From the NCBI GenBank assembly GCA_018816445.1, contig JAHIVO010000001.1, forward strand, positions 8,354-72,353: DNA of 64,000 nucleotides. Direction: 5' to 3'. The notes below the pieces were generated by a model, which searched no databases, was not told where the DNA came from, and worked only from the letters and a program-made list of their open reading frames with translations. Positions 27,391 through 36,935 of this stretch are shown here, piece by piece; position 1 is the stretch's first letter, and each line of letters opens with the position of its first letter. The stretch is from Patescibacteria group bacterium. Its GTDB lineage: Bacteria; Patescibacteriota; Patescibacteriia; UBA10025; JAHIVO01. The translations under genes were made by a program, and so were the position numbers.

Positions 27391-28409
27391 GAATTGCCTT
27401 ATTAACTCCAACCTTTTCTAAATTCAGCGGTATTGATAGAGTTGTTGAGAATCAATTCCGAAAATTAACTCAGGAGGGAAATGAAGTGGTTGTAATGACT
27501 CTCGAGGCAGATATTAATGATGAAGATATTAAAGTTATAACAATTAAAAGTCTCCGAGGGCAGTTCTTACATAGACTATATCGTTTAATATTTTTTTTGG
27601 ATTTTCGTAAAATTAAAAAATCTGCAGAGCAACTTAAAGATTTTAACGTAATTTATAGCCACCAGTATCCTATGAATTTAATTGCCATGAGAGCTAAGAA
27701 AAAATATGGGATCAAATTTATTTATTATAATCACGGTATAGCATCGTTAAAAACGTTTACTAGCCTTATTGACAAGTTATATATTCAACTAATAAAGTCG
27801 CTATCCAATTGGACAGTAAAAAAATCAGATAAGGTAATTTCAATCAGTAAATATTTAAGAGACGTATTAAAAAGAGAAATAGGTATTGAGAGTGAGGTAG
27901 TTTATAATCTTGTTGATAAGGAGCGCTTTAATAGCAGTATAAGCGGATTAGTTGTAAAGAAAAAATATTCTTTAGAAAGTACGCCGGTTGTGCTGTATGT
28001 TGGTAGAATTTCACCTCACAAAGGAATTCATTTATTAATTAAATCTTTTAATATAGTTCTAGATAAAATTCCAAATGCAAAATTACTAATTGTCGGAAAA
28101 AAAACTTTTAATAATTATGCAAGAAAATTAGAAACATTGGCTGAAAAATCCGTAATATTTGCAGGCTATGTAAAGGATGATGAATTGCCTTTTTATTATG
28201 CTGCTTGCGATGTTTATGCTACAGCCAGTCTTTGGGAAGGATTTGATTTACCAATTGCTGAAGCACAGGCCTGCGGTAAGCCTGTTGTAGCTTATAATCT
28301 ATGTTCACACCCAGAGATAATTAATAAAAACGGTACACTTGTAAAGCCCAAAGATATCAATTCTTTTGCCAAGGCTATTATTAATACAATTAATAAAAAT
28401 GAAAAATAA
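27387..28409 (+). CDS. GT4 glycosyltransferase
   Basis: 'EGFDLPIAEAQACGKPVVAY'. Confidence 0.75.
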   Translation: MRIALLTPTFSKFSGIDRVVENQFRKLTQEGNEVVVMTLEADINDEDIKVITIKSLRGQFLHRLYRLIFFLDFRKIKKSAEQLKDFNVIYSHQYPMNLIAMRAKKKYGIKFIYYNHGIASLKTFTSLIDKLYIQLIKSLSNWTVKKSDKVISISKYLRDVLKREIGIESEVVYNLVDKERFNSSISGLVVKKKYSLESTPVVLYVGRISPHKGIHLLIKSFNIVLDKIPNAKLLIVGKKTFNNYARKLETLAEKSVIFAGYVKDDELPFYYAACDVYATASLWEGFDLPIAEAQACGKPVVAYNLCSHPEIINKNGTLVKPKDINSFAKAIINTINKNEK

Positions 28410-29496
28410 AACAGTTTTATTGGTGACACCTTCTTTTCCGCCAGCTACTAGTGGAGCGGCAACGTATTTTAGTAATTTAGTAAATAAATTAAAAAGTCGT
28501 CAGTCGTGGAAAATTATTGTATTAACCACTTCAAATTCTGATACCAAATTAATTGAAAAGAAAGATGGATATTTCATATACCGTTTAATTCCAAATATGC
28601 TCCATAGTTTTTTTCTGCTTAGAATTTTAATTTTACCACTGTTTTCATTTATTTCTATTTTTTATATATCATTAAAGTATCGAATTGAATTAATTCATTG
28701 CCATTCCAGTACGGCAATAACATTAGGTATTAGTTTTTATAGCGTAATTAGTAGAAAAAAATTAATATTTGAGGTGCAGGATCTAATGGCCTTGAGTTGG
28801 TTAATGAAGTTAGGAAATATTCAATTTTATATTGCAACCGGGAATCAAATAAAAAATAGATTAGTATCTTTTGGTATTTCAAAACAAAAAATTTTAACCA
28901 TTACATCAATTCCTCCGGAATCTTGCAGAGGTATAAAGTTAATGAAGAAAAAAAATGATAGTTTAACCTTTATTTATGTTGGTAGTTTAGATAAAAAGGT
29001 GAAAGGCATAGATATTTTACTACAAAGTTTTCAGACTTTGCTGCAAGAAAAAAAAGATATTAGACTAAAGATAATTGGTTTTGGTCCAGATAAAGATTTT
29101 TGCGAAAACTATATAAGCACTCAAGAATTACAAGAGAAGATTTTTATGTTAGGATCAAAGAGCAATCAAGAGACACTGCATGAAATTGCGAATTCAGATA
29201 TTTTAATACTACCCTCTAATTCTGAAGGAGTGCCCCGGGTGATATTAGAAGCTTTTTCTGTAGCTGTACCAGTTATTGCCAGTGGGGTGGGTGGTGTTCC
29301 TGATATAGTAAATAATAACAATGGCATTTTGGTGCCATCCGGAGATCGAATAGAATTATATAAGGCAATGCAAAAATTAGCTAACAACACATTATTATGC
29401 CAGCAGCTAGGAGAAAATGCTGCGCGTTATGTAAAAACTTTACCTACTTGGGACGAATTAACAGATCAGATTATTGAAGTTTATAATAAGGTATGA
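28399..29496 (+). CDS. GT4 glycosyltransferase (the ORF opens at 28366; the more likely start is MKNKTVLLVTPSFPP at 28399)
   Basis: 'SEGVPRVILEAFSVAVPVIASGVGGVPD'. Confidence 0.65.
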   Translation: MKNKTVLLVTPSFPPATSGAATYFSNLVNKLKSRQSWKIIVLTTSNSDTKLIEKKDGYFIYRLIPNMLHSFFLLRILILPLFSFISIFYISLKYRIELIHCHSSTAITLGISFYSVISRKKLIFEVQDLMALSWLMKLGNIQFYIATGNQIKNRLVSFGISKQKILTITSIPPESCRGIKLMKKKNDSLTFIYVGSLDKKVKGIDILLQSFQTLLQEKKDIRLKIIGFGPDKDFCENYISTQELQEKIFMLGSKSNQETLHEIANSDILILPSNSEGVPRVILEAFSVAVPVIASGVGGVPDIVNNNNGILVPSGDRIELYKAMQKLANNTLLCQQLGENAARYVKTLPTWDELTDQIIEVYNKV

Positions 29497-29687
29497 ATTT
29501 TTTTACTATAGTTTATTTACCAGTAATTTTAATAAAATTTTTATTATCCTTGGTTATTCCAGATTTTCTCCAAACCTTTATACCATTTGCATCTTTATTG
29601 ATTGGTATTGTCATTAGTAGTGTAATAATTCTATTTGTATTATTCGCTATTGTACAGATTGGTAAACAGAATAATAAGGATATTTAA
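29493..29687 (+). CDS. Small hydrophobic ORF (two TM); coding status uncertain
   Basis: 64 aa, start overlaps the upstream stop, fully hydrophobic. Confidence 0.25.
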   Translation: MNFFTIVYLPVILIKFLLSLVIPDFLQTFIPFASLLIGIVISSVIILFVLFAIVQIGKQNNKDI

Positions 29688-31242
29688 TGCTTGGATTTTC
29701 GCGGTAATCTTTTGGATCAAGCAGGTCGCTTTCGTAAATTTTTTCAATAATGTTTTGGTTTTCAAATCTGCTGAAATCAGCTTCATCAAAATATTCTCTA
29801 GTACGTGCAGAAATGATTATATAATCGTATTTAGTTGTTGATAAATAGGCAGTGAATTCGTCATTAGTTCCAAAAAACAATTGTTGAACTGGCTCCCATT
29901 CAATAAACTTATTTCTAGTTAAATTTGTGTGTTCGTAGTTATAAGCTGGTTTCATATCTGCAATGGTGGTTAATAAGTACATGGTAGATGGATCAGAGAG
30001 GACAATTTTATTTGAGAATTTATCTTTAATTTTCAATTGCTCGTTTACGTTTTCCCTGGATAAACCATATTTAATAGGTGTAATATTGTTCGCCAGTAAT
30101 AAAGTAATAACTGGGTAGAGAGAGGAAAGTACCAAAATAATTAATACAATTATATTAGACAAATAGTTATTCCTTGATATTAAACGAATTATTTTATAGA
30201 ATCCATAGGCGCCGATAATGCCTAAGGCTGGAATTAATAAGCTAATTGCCCTGCTGGCAAAAAAGTTATAATTTATTGAAGTTTGATAAGCTAGTAATAA
30301 AGAACAGATCAGCCATGGAAAAATTACTAAAAATTTTATTTGCGTACCGCACGCTTTCCTGAGATTAAAAAGAAATATTAATAATCCGGCAATTACAAAT
30401 ATTAAAAAGAATGAATGAGTAATACTTAATAGAGGAGCTAGAAAATTTAATGGAATATTATTTTGAGAGTCAGTAAAAACCTTGAAAGAAGGATCGGATG
30501 TATCGATTGGAAACGCTTGGTTGATGAAGGATGGTAAATTTAATAAAATAAATAATAAAATTGCGATTGTAATACATATTATTATAAATAATGATTTCGA
30601 CCGTTTTTTATGAATAATAAAAAATGGAATAGCAATGGCACAAATTATTGTCGCTGCGTAAATGGCATTAATATGATGAAATAATATTAAGGAGAGCGTT
30701 AATAACGAAAAAATGATATAGTCTTTCAGGGCGTGACTATTGTTCCGAAAAATTTTAACTAGTAAAAATATCAATACCAAAAAGAGGGTTAGGACTATGT
30801 TTCTTGGCAAATAGTAATAAAAAATCTCCTGATTAAACAAAAAAATCGCAAAGATCGCTATTATACTTATAACTTTGTTATTTAAGAGAATATTTGATAA
30901 TATATAGATTGATAAAATTAATAAGATTATGAGAATTATATTCAGTATAGACATTGAAATAGGGAGTTCTAAGTCTGTGATTTGAGAAAAATAACTGCTC
31001 AATACATGAAAAAGGGGAGTGAAGCTATATAAACTTGTAGTTTCGCTAGTCGGCATATCTCCCGGAATGCTGCCAGAATTAGATATTTGATTGGCGAACC
31101 AGGTATGGAATAATAAGTCGCCTCCCTCCTGGTAAGGAAATAAAAATAGTATATAACTGTAGATTGTGATTATTAAAATAATCAAGGTAATTAAAATAGC
31201 GGTAGGAAGGTGTTTATTCTTAATAATTGATTGTATAGGCAT
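29647..31242 (-). CDS. Large polytopic membrane protein (GT-C/Wzy-like)
   Basis: 531 aa with more than 12 TM helices and a C-terminal soluble domain. Confidence 0.45.
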   Translation of the reverse strand: MPIQSIIKNKHLPTAILITLIILIITIYSYILFLFPYQEGGDLLFHTWFANQISNSGSIPGDMPTSETTSLYSFTPLFHVLSSYFSQITDLELPISMSILNIILIILLILSIYILSNILLNNKVISIIAIFAIFLFNQEIFYYYLPRNIVLTLFLVLIFLLVKIFRNNSHALKDYIIFSLLTLSLILFHHINAIYAATIICAIAIPFFIIHKKRSKSLFIIICITIAILLFILLNLPSFINQAFPIDTSDPSFKVFTDSQNNIPLNFLAPLLSITHSFFLIFVIAGLLIFLFNLRKACGTQIKFLVIFPWLICSLLLAYQTSINYNFFASRAISLLIPALGIIGAYGFYKIIRLISRNNYLSNIIVLIILVLSSLYPVITLLLANNITPIKYGLSRENVNEQLKIKDKFSNKIVLSDPSTMYLLTTIADMKPAYNYEHTNLTRNKFIEWEPVQQLFFGTNDEFTAYLSTTKYDYIIISARTREYFDEADFSRFENQNIIEKIYESDLLDPKDYRENPSIKYPYYSVYQSVQ

Positions 31243-31247
31243 TAGAT

Positions 31248-32414
31248 ATGAAAATTATTCATTTAATAGGGTATTTTCAGCCGGAATTTGGTTATAAGGA
31301 GTATTATATTGCTAGAAATCAAGTAAAACTTGGCCATGAAGTTTTTGTGATAACTTCTGATCGTATATATCCATTTCCTAATTTACCAGAACTTTGCAAA
31401 AAAATAAATATTTCCGCAGACCGTAAGCGCCAGCAAGGTTTATCTGAATTAGATGGAATAAAAATAATTCGGTTACCAACGCTAGTAGAATTTAAGGGAT
31501 TAATAATTATAAAGGGTGTAAAAAAACTTTTAAATAAAATTAAGCCGGATATTGTTCATGCTTATGAACCAGTTCAATTTACTCCATTGCTAGGCGCCTG
31601 GTATAAAAAAGAAAAATATTTTTTAATCTCCGATCATCAGCAATTTGAAATTCCTAAAACATTATTAGGTAAAGTATTTTTTTATTGCTTATCCAGATTT
31701 CTAAGCAATTACATGTTCAAAAAAGCAGATAAGGTAATTTTTCCGACACATGATTCAATTCAATTTGCTAAAAGATGGATGAAAATTGATATCAGTAAGA
31801 TTAAAATGATCCCGTTAGGATATGATCCGGATTATTTTTATTATGATGAAAATGAACGACAAGTAATAAGAAAACAATTTGAGATTAATGAAAATGAAAT
31901 ACTGCTAATTACTGCTGGCAGGGTTAATAGACTAAAAAAAATTGAATTAGTAATTAAGGCGCTCAAGAAGATAAAAGATAATCGGCAAGCTAGATTTTTA
32001 ATATTTGGTAGCGGAGACCAAGAATATATTAGTGAGTTAAAAGATTTAATAATTAAAACTAAACTTGAAGATCAGATAATTTTTAAAGATTTTATTAAAC
32101 GGGAAGAATTATTTAAATATTATAATGCAGCTGATTTTGGAATTTGGCCAGAGCAACCCTCAATAACAATTATTGAAGCAATCGGTTGCAGATTGCCATT
32201 AATCCTGCCGGATCGTAAAACTGTCAATCATTTAATACAATTTGGTAACGGTATTAAATTTAGGCGTCACGATGTCAATGATCTGGCAGAAAAGATAAAA
32301 CAAATATTGCTAAATCGGGACATTATTACCCAAATGCGTCAAAATTGCGAAAGAGCAAGAGAGAATTTTAATTATTTAGAAATTTCCAAAAGAATTGTAG
32401 ATCTTGCTAGGTAA
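31248..32414 (+). CDS. GT4 glycosyltransferase
   Basis: GT-B architecture; 'FGIWPEQPSITIIEAIGCRLPLIL' in the E-x7-E region. Confidence 0.65.
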   Translation: MKIIHLIGYFQPEFGYKEYYIARNQVKLGHEVFVITSDRIYPFPNLPELCKKINISADRKRQQGLSELDGIKIIRLPTLVEFKGLIIIKGVKKLLNKIKPDIVHAYEPVQFTPLLGAWYKKEKYFLISDHQQFEIPKTLLGKVFFYCLSRFLSNYMFKKADKVIFPTHDSIQFAKRWMKIDISKIKMIPLGYDPDYFYYDENERQVIRKQFEINENEILLITAGRVNRLKKIELVIKALKKIKDNRQARFLIFGSGDQEYISELKDLIIKTKLEDQIIFKDFIKREELFKYYNAADFGIWPEQPSITIIEAIGCRLPLILPDRKTVNHLIQFGNGIKFRRHDVNDLAEKIKQILLNRDIITQMRQNCERARENFNYLEISKRIVDLAR

Positions 32415-32499
32415 CTGTATTAATTACTTATTATTTGGATTAATAAGATCATTTATAATTATTAGTTAGTTTTTTAATAATTTTTTAATTTTTTTATCC

Positions 32500-33669
32500 T
32501 CATGTTTTTTTTAATTGTTGATATGAATTAAATAATTTTTTATTCATTAAATTCCAATTCCAATACTGGATACAATACTTGTAGCCGTTTTTACCGAGTG
32601 TCGTGGCTTTATCGGGATTTGATAGTAAATCCTTTAAGGCATTTACGAGCGCTGTAGTATTGCCAGGGGGGATTAATATTCCAGCCTTGGCTAAATTTAT
32701 ATAATGTGAAATCGGAGGCAAATCACTTCCTATGACCGGTTTTTTACAGGCCATATATTCAAAGATTTTTTGGGGAATGTTTTTATTGAGCTTGGGTGTG
32801 TTCCGAAAAGCCACCATTCCCAGATGGCATACATTGATATAATAGGCAATTTGTTTATGATCAAGATGATGAATAATGGATATATTATTTTGGCTTTTAT
32901 ATTGTTGGCAAATACTATGCATAGCTTTTCGGAGGGAAGAATTTATACCAGTGCCAATTATGATGAATTTAATGTTTTTAATTTCTTGAGCTACTATTGA
33001 AACCGCCTCGATCATTTCAAGTATGCCTCGTTCAATAGTTATCCCACCGTGGTACATAATACATTTCCAATTTTTATATTGCTCTGATATTTCATGACTT
33101 TTCAGGTCAGGATTAAAGTAAGCCAATATTGGATAGTTGTAAATAATTTCAACATTCGGGTGTTTATCCTTATAATCATTCGCTATTGCATTATCTGATG
33201 TAATTATTAAGGATGTTTTTTTTAAAAACACCGCTTCGGATATAATAATAAATAAATCCGCTAAGATGCGCGTTACCCAGCTGATGTTTTTATTTTCTTT
33301 TATCCCTGCCCGATAATCTTCTAAGACAACATAAATTGCAGGTTTTTTGGTTAATATTTTCAGCATAATGCCAAACGGCAGCAGGTATGGAGAGTAAAAA
33401 TGGTAATAATCAGACTTTGATTTAAGAGCGCTTATAAACTTACTGAAATTTGTAAAAGGATTTATGGGTAAATACCTTTTTGCTTTAACGATATTTATAT
33501 TTATACCACTGGCTATAAAACTTTGCGCTTTTTGACCATGGGTTACGTAATGAACTTCATAGTTGTTTTTGGATAAACTAACAGCGTCTTTGTAAAATTT
33601 TCGGACATCAAAAACATACTCAGAATCTGATATGATGCAAACCTTTTCTTTTGTTTTAGAATTTGACAT
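32500..33669 (-). CDS. GT4 glycosyltransferase
   Basis: GT-B fold; 'YHGGITIERGILEMIEAV…ACKKPVIGSD'. Confidence 0.65.
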   Translation of the reverse strand: MSNSKTKEKVCIISDSEYVFDVRKFYKDAVSLSKNNYEVHYVTHGQKAQSFIASGININIVKAKRYLPINPFTNFSKFISALKSKSDYYHFYSPYLLPFGIMLKILTKKPAIYVVLEDYRAGIKENKNISWVTRILADLFIIISEAVFLKKTSLIITSDNAIANDYKDKHPNVEIIYNYPILAYFNPDLKSHEISEQYKNWKCIMYHGGITIERGILEMIEAVSIVAQEIKNIKFIIIGTGINSSLRKAMHSICQQYKSQNNISIIHHLDHKQIAYYINVCHLGMVAFRNTPKLNKNIPQKIFEYMACKKPVIGSDLPPISHYINLAKAGILIPPGNTTALVNALKDLLSNPDKATTLGKNGYKYCIQYWNWNLMNKKLFNSYQQLKKT

Positions 33670-33999
33670 TAAATTATGTAAATAACTGCTTTACTGTTAA
33701 AAATTTCCCTATGCTTAGTTTACCAAATTATTTTACTTTGTAAAATTAAATTTTCTAGAGTTCTTAAAATATCCGTTATTGATATTTTTCACTAAGTCGG
33801 TAAACACGATACCTGAAGAACTAATGCCTTTATAATTTTAGTAAATTTTCAATGGGATATGTATAACGAAATGATTTTCTTCTGATATTTTTTCTAAGTG
33901 GTTCCAAAATAAATTCCATCTAATCTGGCGGAGAACGTCTTTTCTTTGATCAGACAAGTGTTCGGGTGTTGGTTGCGATTCCGAGTCGTAACGACATAA

Positions 34000-34887
34000 T
34001 TATATTTCATCTACCATCTGCTTAAATGAAGGAATTTTTAATTCACTGCATAAGCTATGAATAGTGCTTAAGCGCCGGTCAACAGGATTTGGTCTGGTCG
34101 ATTCTATTTTAACATTGACTTTGTATTTGTCTTTAAAGGCAGTGATCATTTCATATTTTGAAACATCATTGGAAAAAATATGGAACAACCCGTTTTTTGG
34201 AAATGCATTACGTTCAGTAATTATCTTATCGCAGATTCTTCCAAACTGCCGCGTGGTGATTCCGTTCCACATATGCGTGGTGAATCCCTGTATTGTTTGA
34301 CCTTCCTGTTTTTTAAGCCATTCAATAAGTGATACAAAACTATGTATTTCAGGGCCTATTATTGATGTACGCAATACTAAAGAATCCCTGGAAGGCTCTC
34401 CAAGGCTCTTAGACAGGCCGTACAGGTCATTTGGGTTATGTTGTGCATGTTCATTGTAAGGCGCGCCTTGCAGGCCATCGTAAACGCAATCAGTGGTAAT
34501 CTGAATTAACTTATCCTTGTAATAATGACTCAAAATATGGGGGAGGCAGCTATTTATAAATAAGGTAGTGGCAGGTTTTTTTGTGCTATATGGCTTGATA
34601 ATCCCGGCACAATTTATAAAAGCGTCAATGCTTCCCACTTGGTCAAGGAATTTTTTTGTATTGGGCCCGATATCGTCTTTTGGAAACCCATCAAGATAGT
34701 CTTGATATATATCATTTAGATCAAATTGAATTTTTTTATGTTTTTCAATATCACCATATACTTTATTTAATATATTAATTTTTTCTGCGTTCCGGAAAAT
34801 TAGCACCAGATTATATTTATCTTTTAATACATTATAAACGGCGCCGCCAAGCATTCCAGTGGGGGCAGTTATGGCGATAGTTTTCAT
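34000..34887 (-). CDS. RmlD-family NDP-sugar 4-ketoreductase (WbvR/Cap5F-like candidate)
   Basis: 'IAITAPTGMLGGAV', 'FINCAGI', 'ITTDCVYDG' and 'YGLSKSLGE' follow the RmlD pattern. Confidence 0.55.
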   Translation of the reverse strand: MKTIAITAPTGMLGGAVYNVLKDKYNLVLIFRNAEKINILNKVYGDIEKHKKIQFDLNDIYQDYLDGFPKDDIGPNTKKFLDQVGSIDAFINCAGIIKPYSTKKPATTLFINSCLPHILSHYYKDKLIQITTDCVYDGLQGAPYNEHAQHNPNDLYGLSKSLGEPSRDSLVLRTSIIGPEIHSFVSLIEWLKKQEGQTIQGFTTHMWNGITTRQFGRICDKIITERNAFPKNGLFHIFSNDVSKYEMITAFKDKYKVNVKIESTRPNPVDRRLSTIHSLCSELKIPSFKQMVDEI

Positions 34888-34964
34888 GATTGATTATTTA
34901 AAAATTCTTAAAAATAAGTTTTCGTTTTGATAAACTTTTTATGTCCAAGGCGTTGTGAAATAAA

Positions 34965-35621
34965 TTATTTAATAATTGATAAGATCATATTTTGTCTATC
35001 TTTCTCGTCTAATTCTTTCGATATTTGACCATATTTATTTTGATAGTAAATATCTGAATTCTCAGGAAGTATAAAACTTTTTTCATTTAAATTGAAATGT
35101 TTATGATGAGGGTTATTGGATTGTTTTTCACGATATGGAACAGAAAAAATAAATTTATTTATTGTTAAGTGTAGTAAATGTTTAAACATATCCTGCATAT
35201 CATTAATATGTTCTAAAAATTCAAAAGCAATTATAATATTAAATTTGTTACGTGGTTCATGAGTTGTAAATGTAATGTTAGATTTTTTAAAATGTGTGTT
35301 TGCGTATTGTATTGCTTTCTCAGAAATATCAAAACCAGTAATGGATGCCTTTTTATATGATTTCGCTATCGTATGGCAGCCATATCCCGCACCGCAAGCA
35401 TAATCTAATACGGTATCATTATTTGAAATAAACTTGGTCGCAAAAAGGTATCGTTCCTTATGGGTTTTTGTGTTTAAATTTAACTCGCACCCTAAAACTC
35501 TTTCGCCATTATTGAGAACATCGTGGTATTTATTGCTAATTCTGATTTGTCGTTTCTCGCGTAATATATGTATAAATTCTCCTATAGTTAAAAGTAGCAC
35601 ATTTTTTATTCGGGTTATCAT
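34965..35621 (-). CDS. Class I SAM-dependent methyltransferase
   Basis: 'VLDYACGAGYG' motif I and 'FNIIIAFEFLEHI'. Confidence 0.65.
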   Translation of the reverse strand: MITRIKNVLLLTIGEFIHILREKRQIRISNKYHDVLNNGERVLGCELNLNTKTHKERYLFATKFISNNDTVLDYACGAGYGCHTIAKSYKKASITGFDISEKAIQYANTHFKKSNITFTTHEPRNKFNIIIAFEFLEHINDMQDMFKHLLHLTINKFIFSVPYREKQSNNPHHKHFNLNEKSFILPENSDIYYQNKYGQISKELDEKDRQNMILSIIK

Positions 35622-35759
35622 ATATATTCTTTCTTTTTATACTCTCATCAGTTCTCTATTAAAATTGATGCGCGTATGTATTGCCGTACATTGATTTTAT
35701 TAGCAGCGCTTAGTTTAAAAATAGTTTATCATTGTATCAAATGACGAGATTTTAAGTTT

Positions 35760-35939
35760 TTAACAGAGTGTATGAACTGTTCGGAGTCTTCTGTCTATTG
35801 GAGCCGGTATAGCCGATTTAATGTTAACGTTGACATTAAATTTCTCTTTAAATGCTTGCAGAATTTCAAGCTAAGTTACGTTGCTTAAAAATATATGGAA
35901 AAGCCCATTCTGGGGATAATTATTTCTGTTGCTAATAAT
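35760..35939 (-). pseudogene. Decayed 3'-terminal fragment (~60 codons, internal TAG) of a paralog of the RmlD-like reductase gene 34000..34887
   Basis: The reverse-complement translation 'IISNRNNYPQNGLFHIFLSNVT*LEILQAFKEKFNVNVNIKSAIPAPIDRRLRTVHTLC*' aligns with the C-terminus 'IITERNAFPKNGLFHIFSNDVSKYEMITAFKDKYKVNVKIESTRPNPVDRRLSTIHSLC' of 34000..34887. Confidence 0.6.
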
Positions 35940-35944
35940 CTTGT

Positions 35945-36931
35945 TTAAATAAATCCACCTTTTGCTAATAATTCTTTGACCTGAGTTTTATTCATCAACT
36001 TGTCTTTTGAGGAGTACTCGGAAAATTTTACTTTAGGAAATTTTTTATATTTATCTTCAAGGTTATCAAGTTTTAATTCTGGTAGTATTACATAATAATT
36101 TTCATCAAATTTATATGTTCTTGGTGATTCATAACGGGAGATGAGTACTTCATCAATTTTTTCACCAGGCCTGGTCCCTGTTTCTTTGATTGGAACAGAT
36201 TTTTTTGATACCTCTTCAGCTAGTACCCGGGCTAGATCTATAATTTTACAGGCCGGCATTTTCATAACAAATGTTTCTCCGCCATGACTCATTTCACTGG
36301 CTTTGAATAATAAACCTATGGCTTGTTGAAGTGTAAGGAAATACCTAGTCATGCGTTTATCTGTCAGGGTTATACTTCCATTATTTTTAATTTGATCAAT
36401 AAAAAATGGCACCACACTACCATTTGTACCTAAGACATTTCCACCGCGGATACATACAAAAGTGGTATTACTTGGCTCTAAATTAGCCTGGATGATTAAT
36501 CTCTCTCCAATTGCTTTGGTCATACCATAAAGATTAAGTGGGTCTACGGCTTTGTCCGAAGATATATCAATTACTCTTTTTACATTATTTATTTTAGCTG
36601 CTTCAATAATATTTTTTGTTCCGACAATATTTGTTTTTATCGCCTCATAGGGTTGCTCTTCACAAACGGGGACATGTTTTAATGCAGCCAGGTGAAAAAT
36701 ATAATCAACTTCTTTAGTAGCTTCTATTAATCTATCGCGATCACGAACATCACCGATTATGAATTTAATTTTACCATTTTTAAATTTTCGTTCCATGTTA
36801 ACTTGATGCAGTTCACTCCGCGAAAAAATAATGATTTGTTTTGGATTTTTTAAGAGCAATTGAGCCGTTAATTCATTGCCCCACGATCCAGTGCCACCAG
36901 TTATAAGTATAATTTTATCTTTAAACATCAT
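35945..36931 (-). CDS. UDP-GlcNAc 4,6-dehydratase of the PseB/FlaA1/Cap5E/WbjB family
   Basis: 'KIILITGGTGSWGNEL…IIIFSRSELHQVNMERKF' closely matches the PseB/Cap5E N-terminus; 328 aa. Confidence 0.75.
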   Translation of the reverse strand: MMFKDKIILITGGTGSWGNELTAQLLLKNPKQIIIFSRSELHQVNMERKFKNGKIKFIIGDVRDRDRLIEATKEVDYIFHLAALKHVPVCEEQPYEAIKTNIVGTKNIIEAAKINNVKRVIDISSDKAVDPLNLYGMTKAIGERLIIQANLEPSNTTFVCIRGGNVLGTNGSVVPFFIDQIKNNGSITLTDKRMTRYFLTLQQAIGLLFKASEMSHGGETFVMKMPACKIIDLARVLAEEVSKKSVPIKETGTRPGEKIDEVLISRYESPRTYKFDENYYVILPELKLDNLEDKYKKFPKVKFSEYSSKDKLMNKTQVKELLAKGGFI

Positions 36932-36935
36932 ATAA

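Noticed and set aside
33930-34000. Possible tRNA or tRNA fragment in the GC-rich patch ('ggttgcgattccgag' superficially resembles a T-arm)
   Set aside because: I could not assemble an acceptor stem, D-arm, anticodon arm and T-arm on either strand, and no GTTC-type T-loop is present. It is kept only as an unexplained structured patch.
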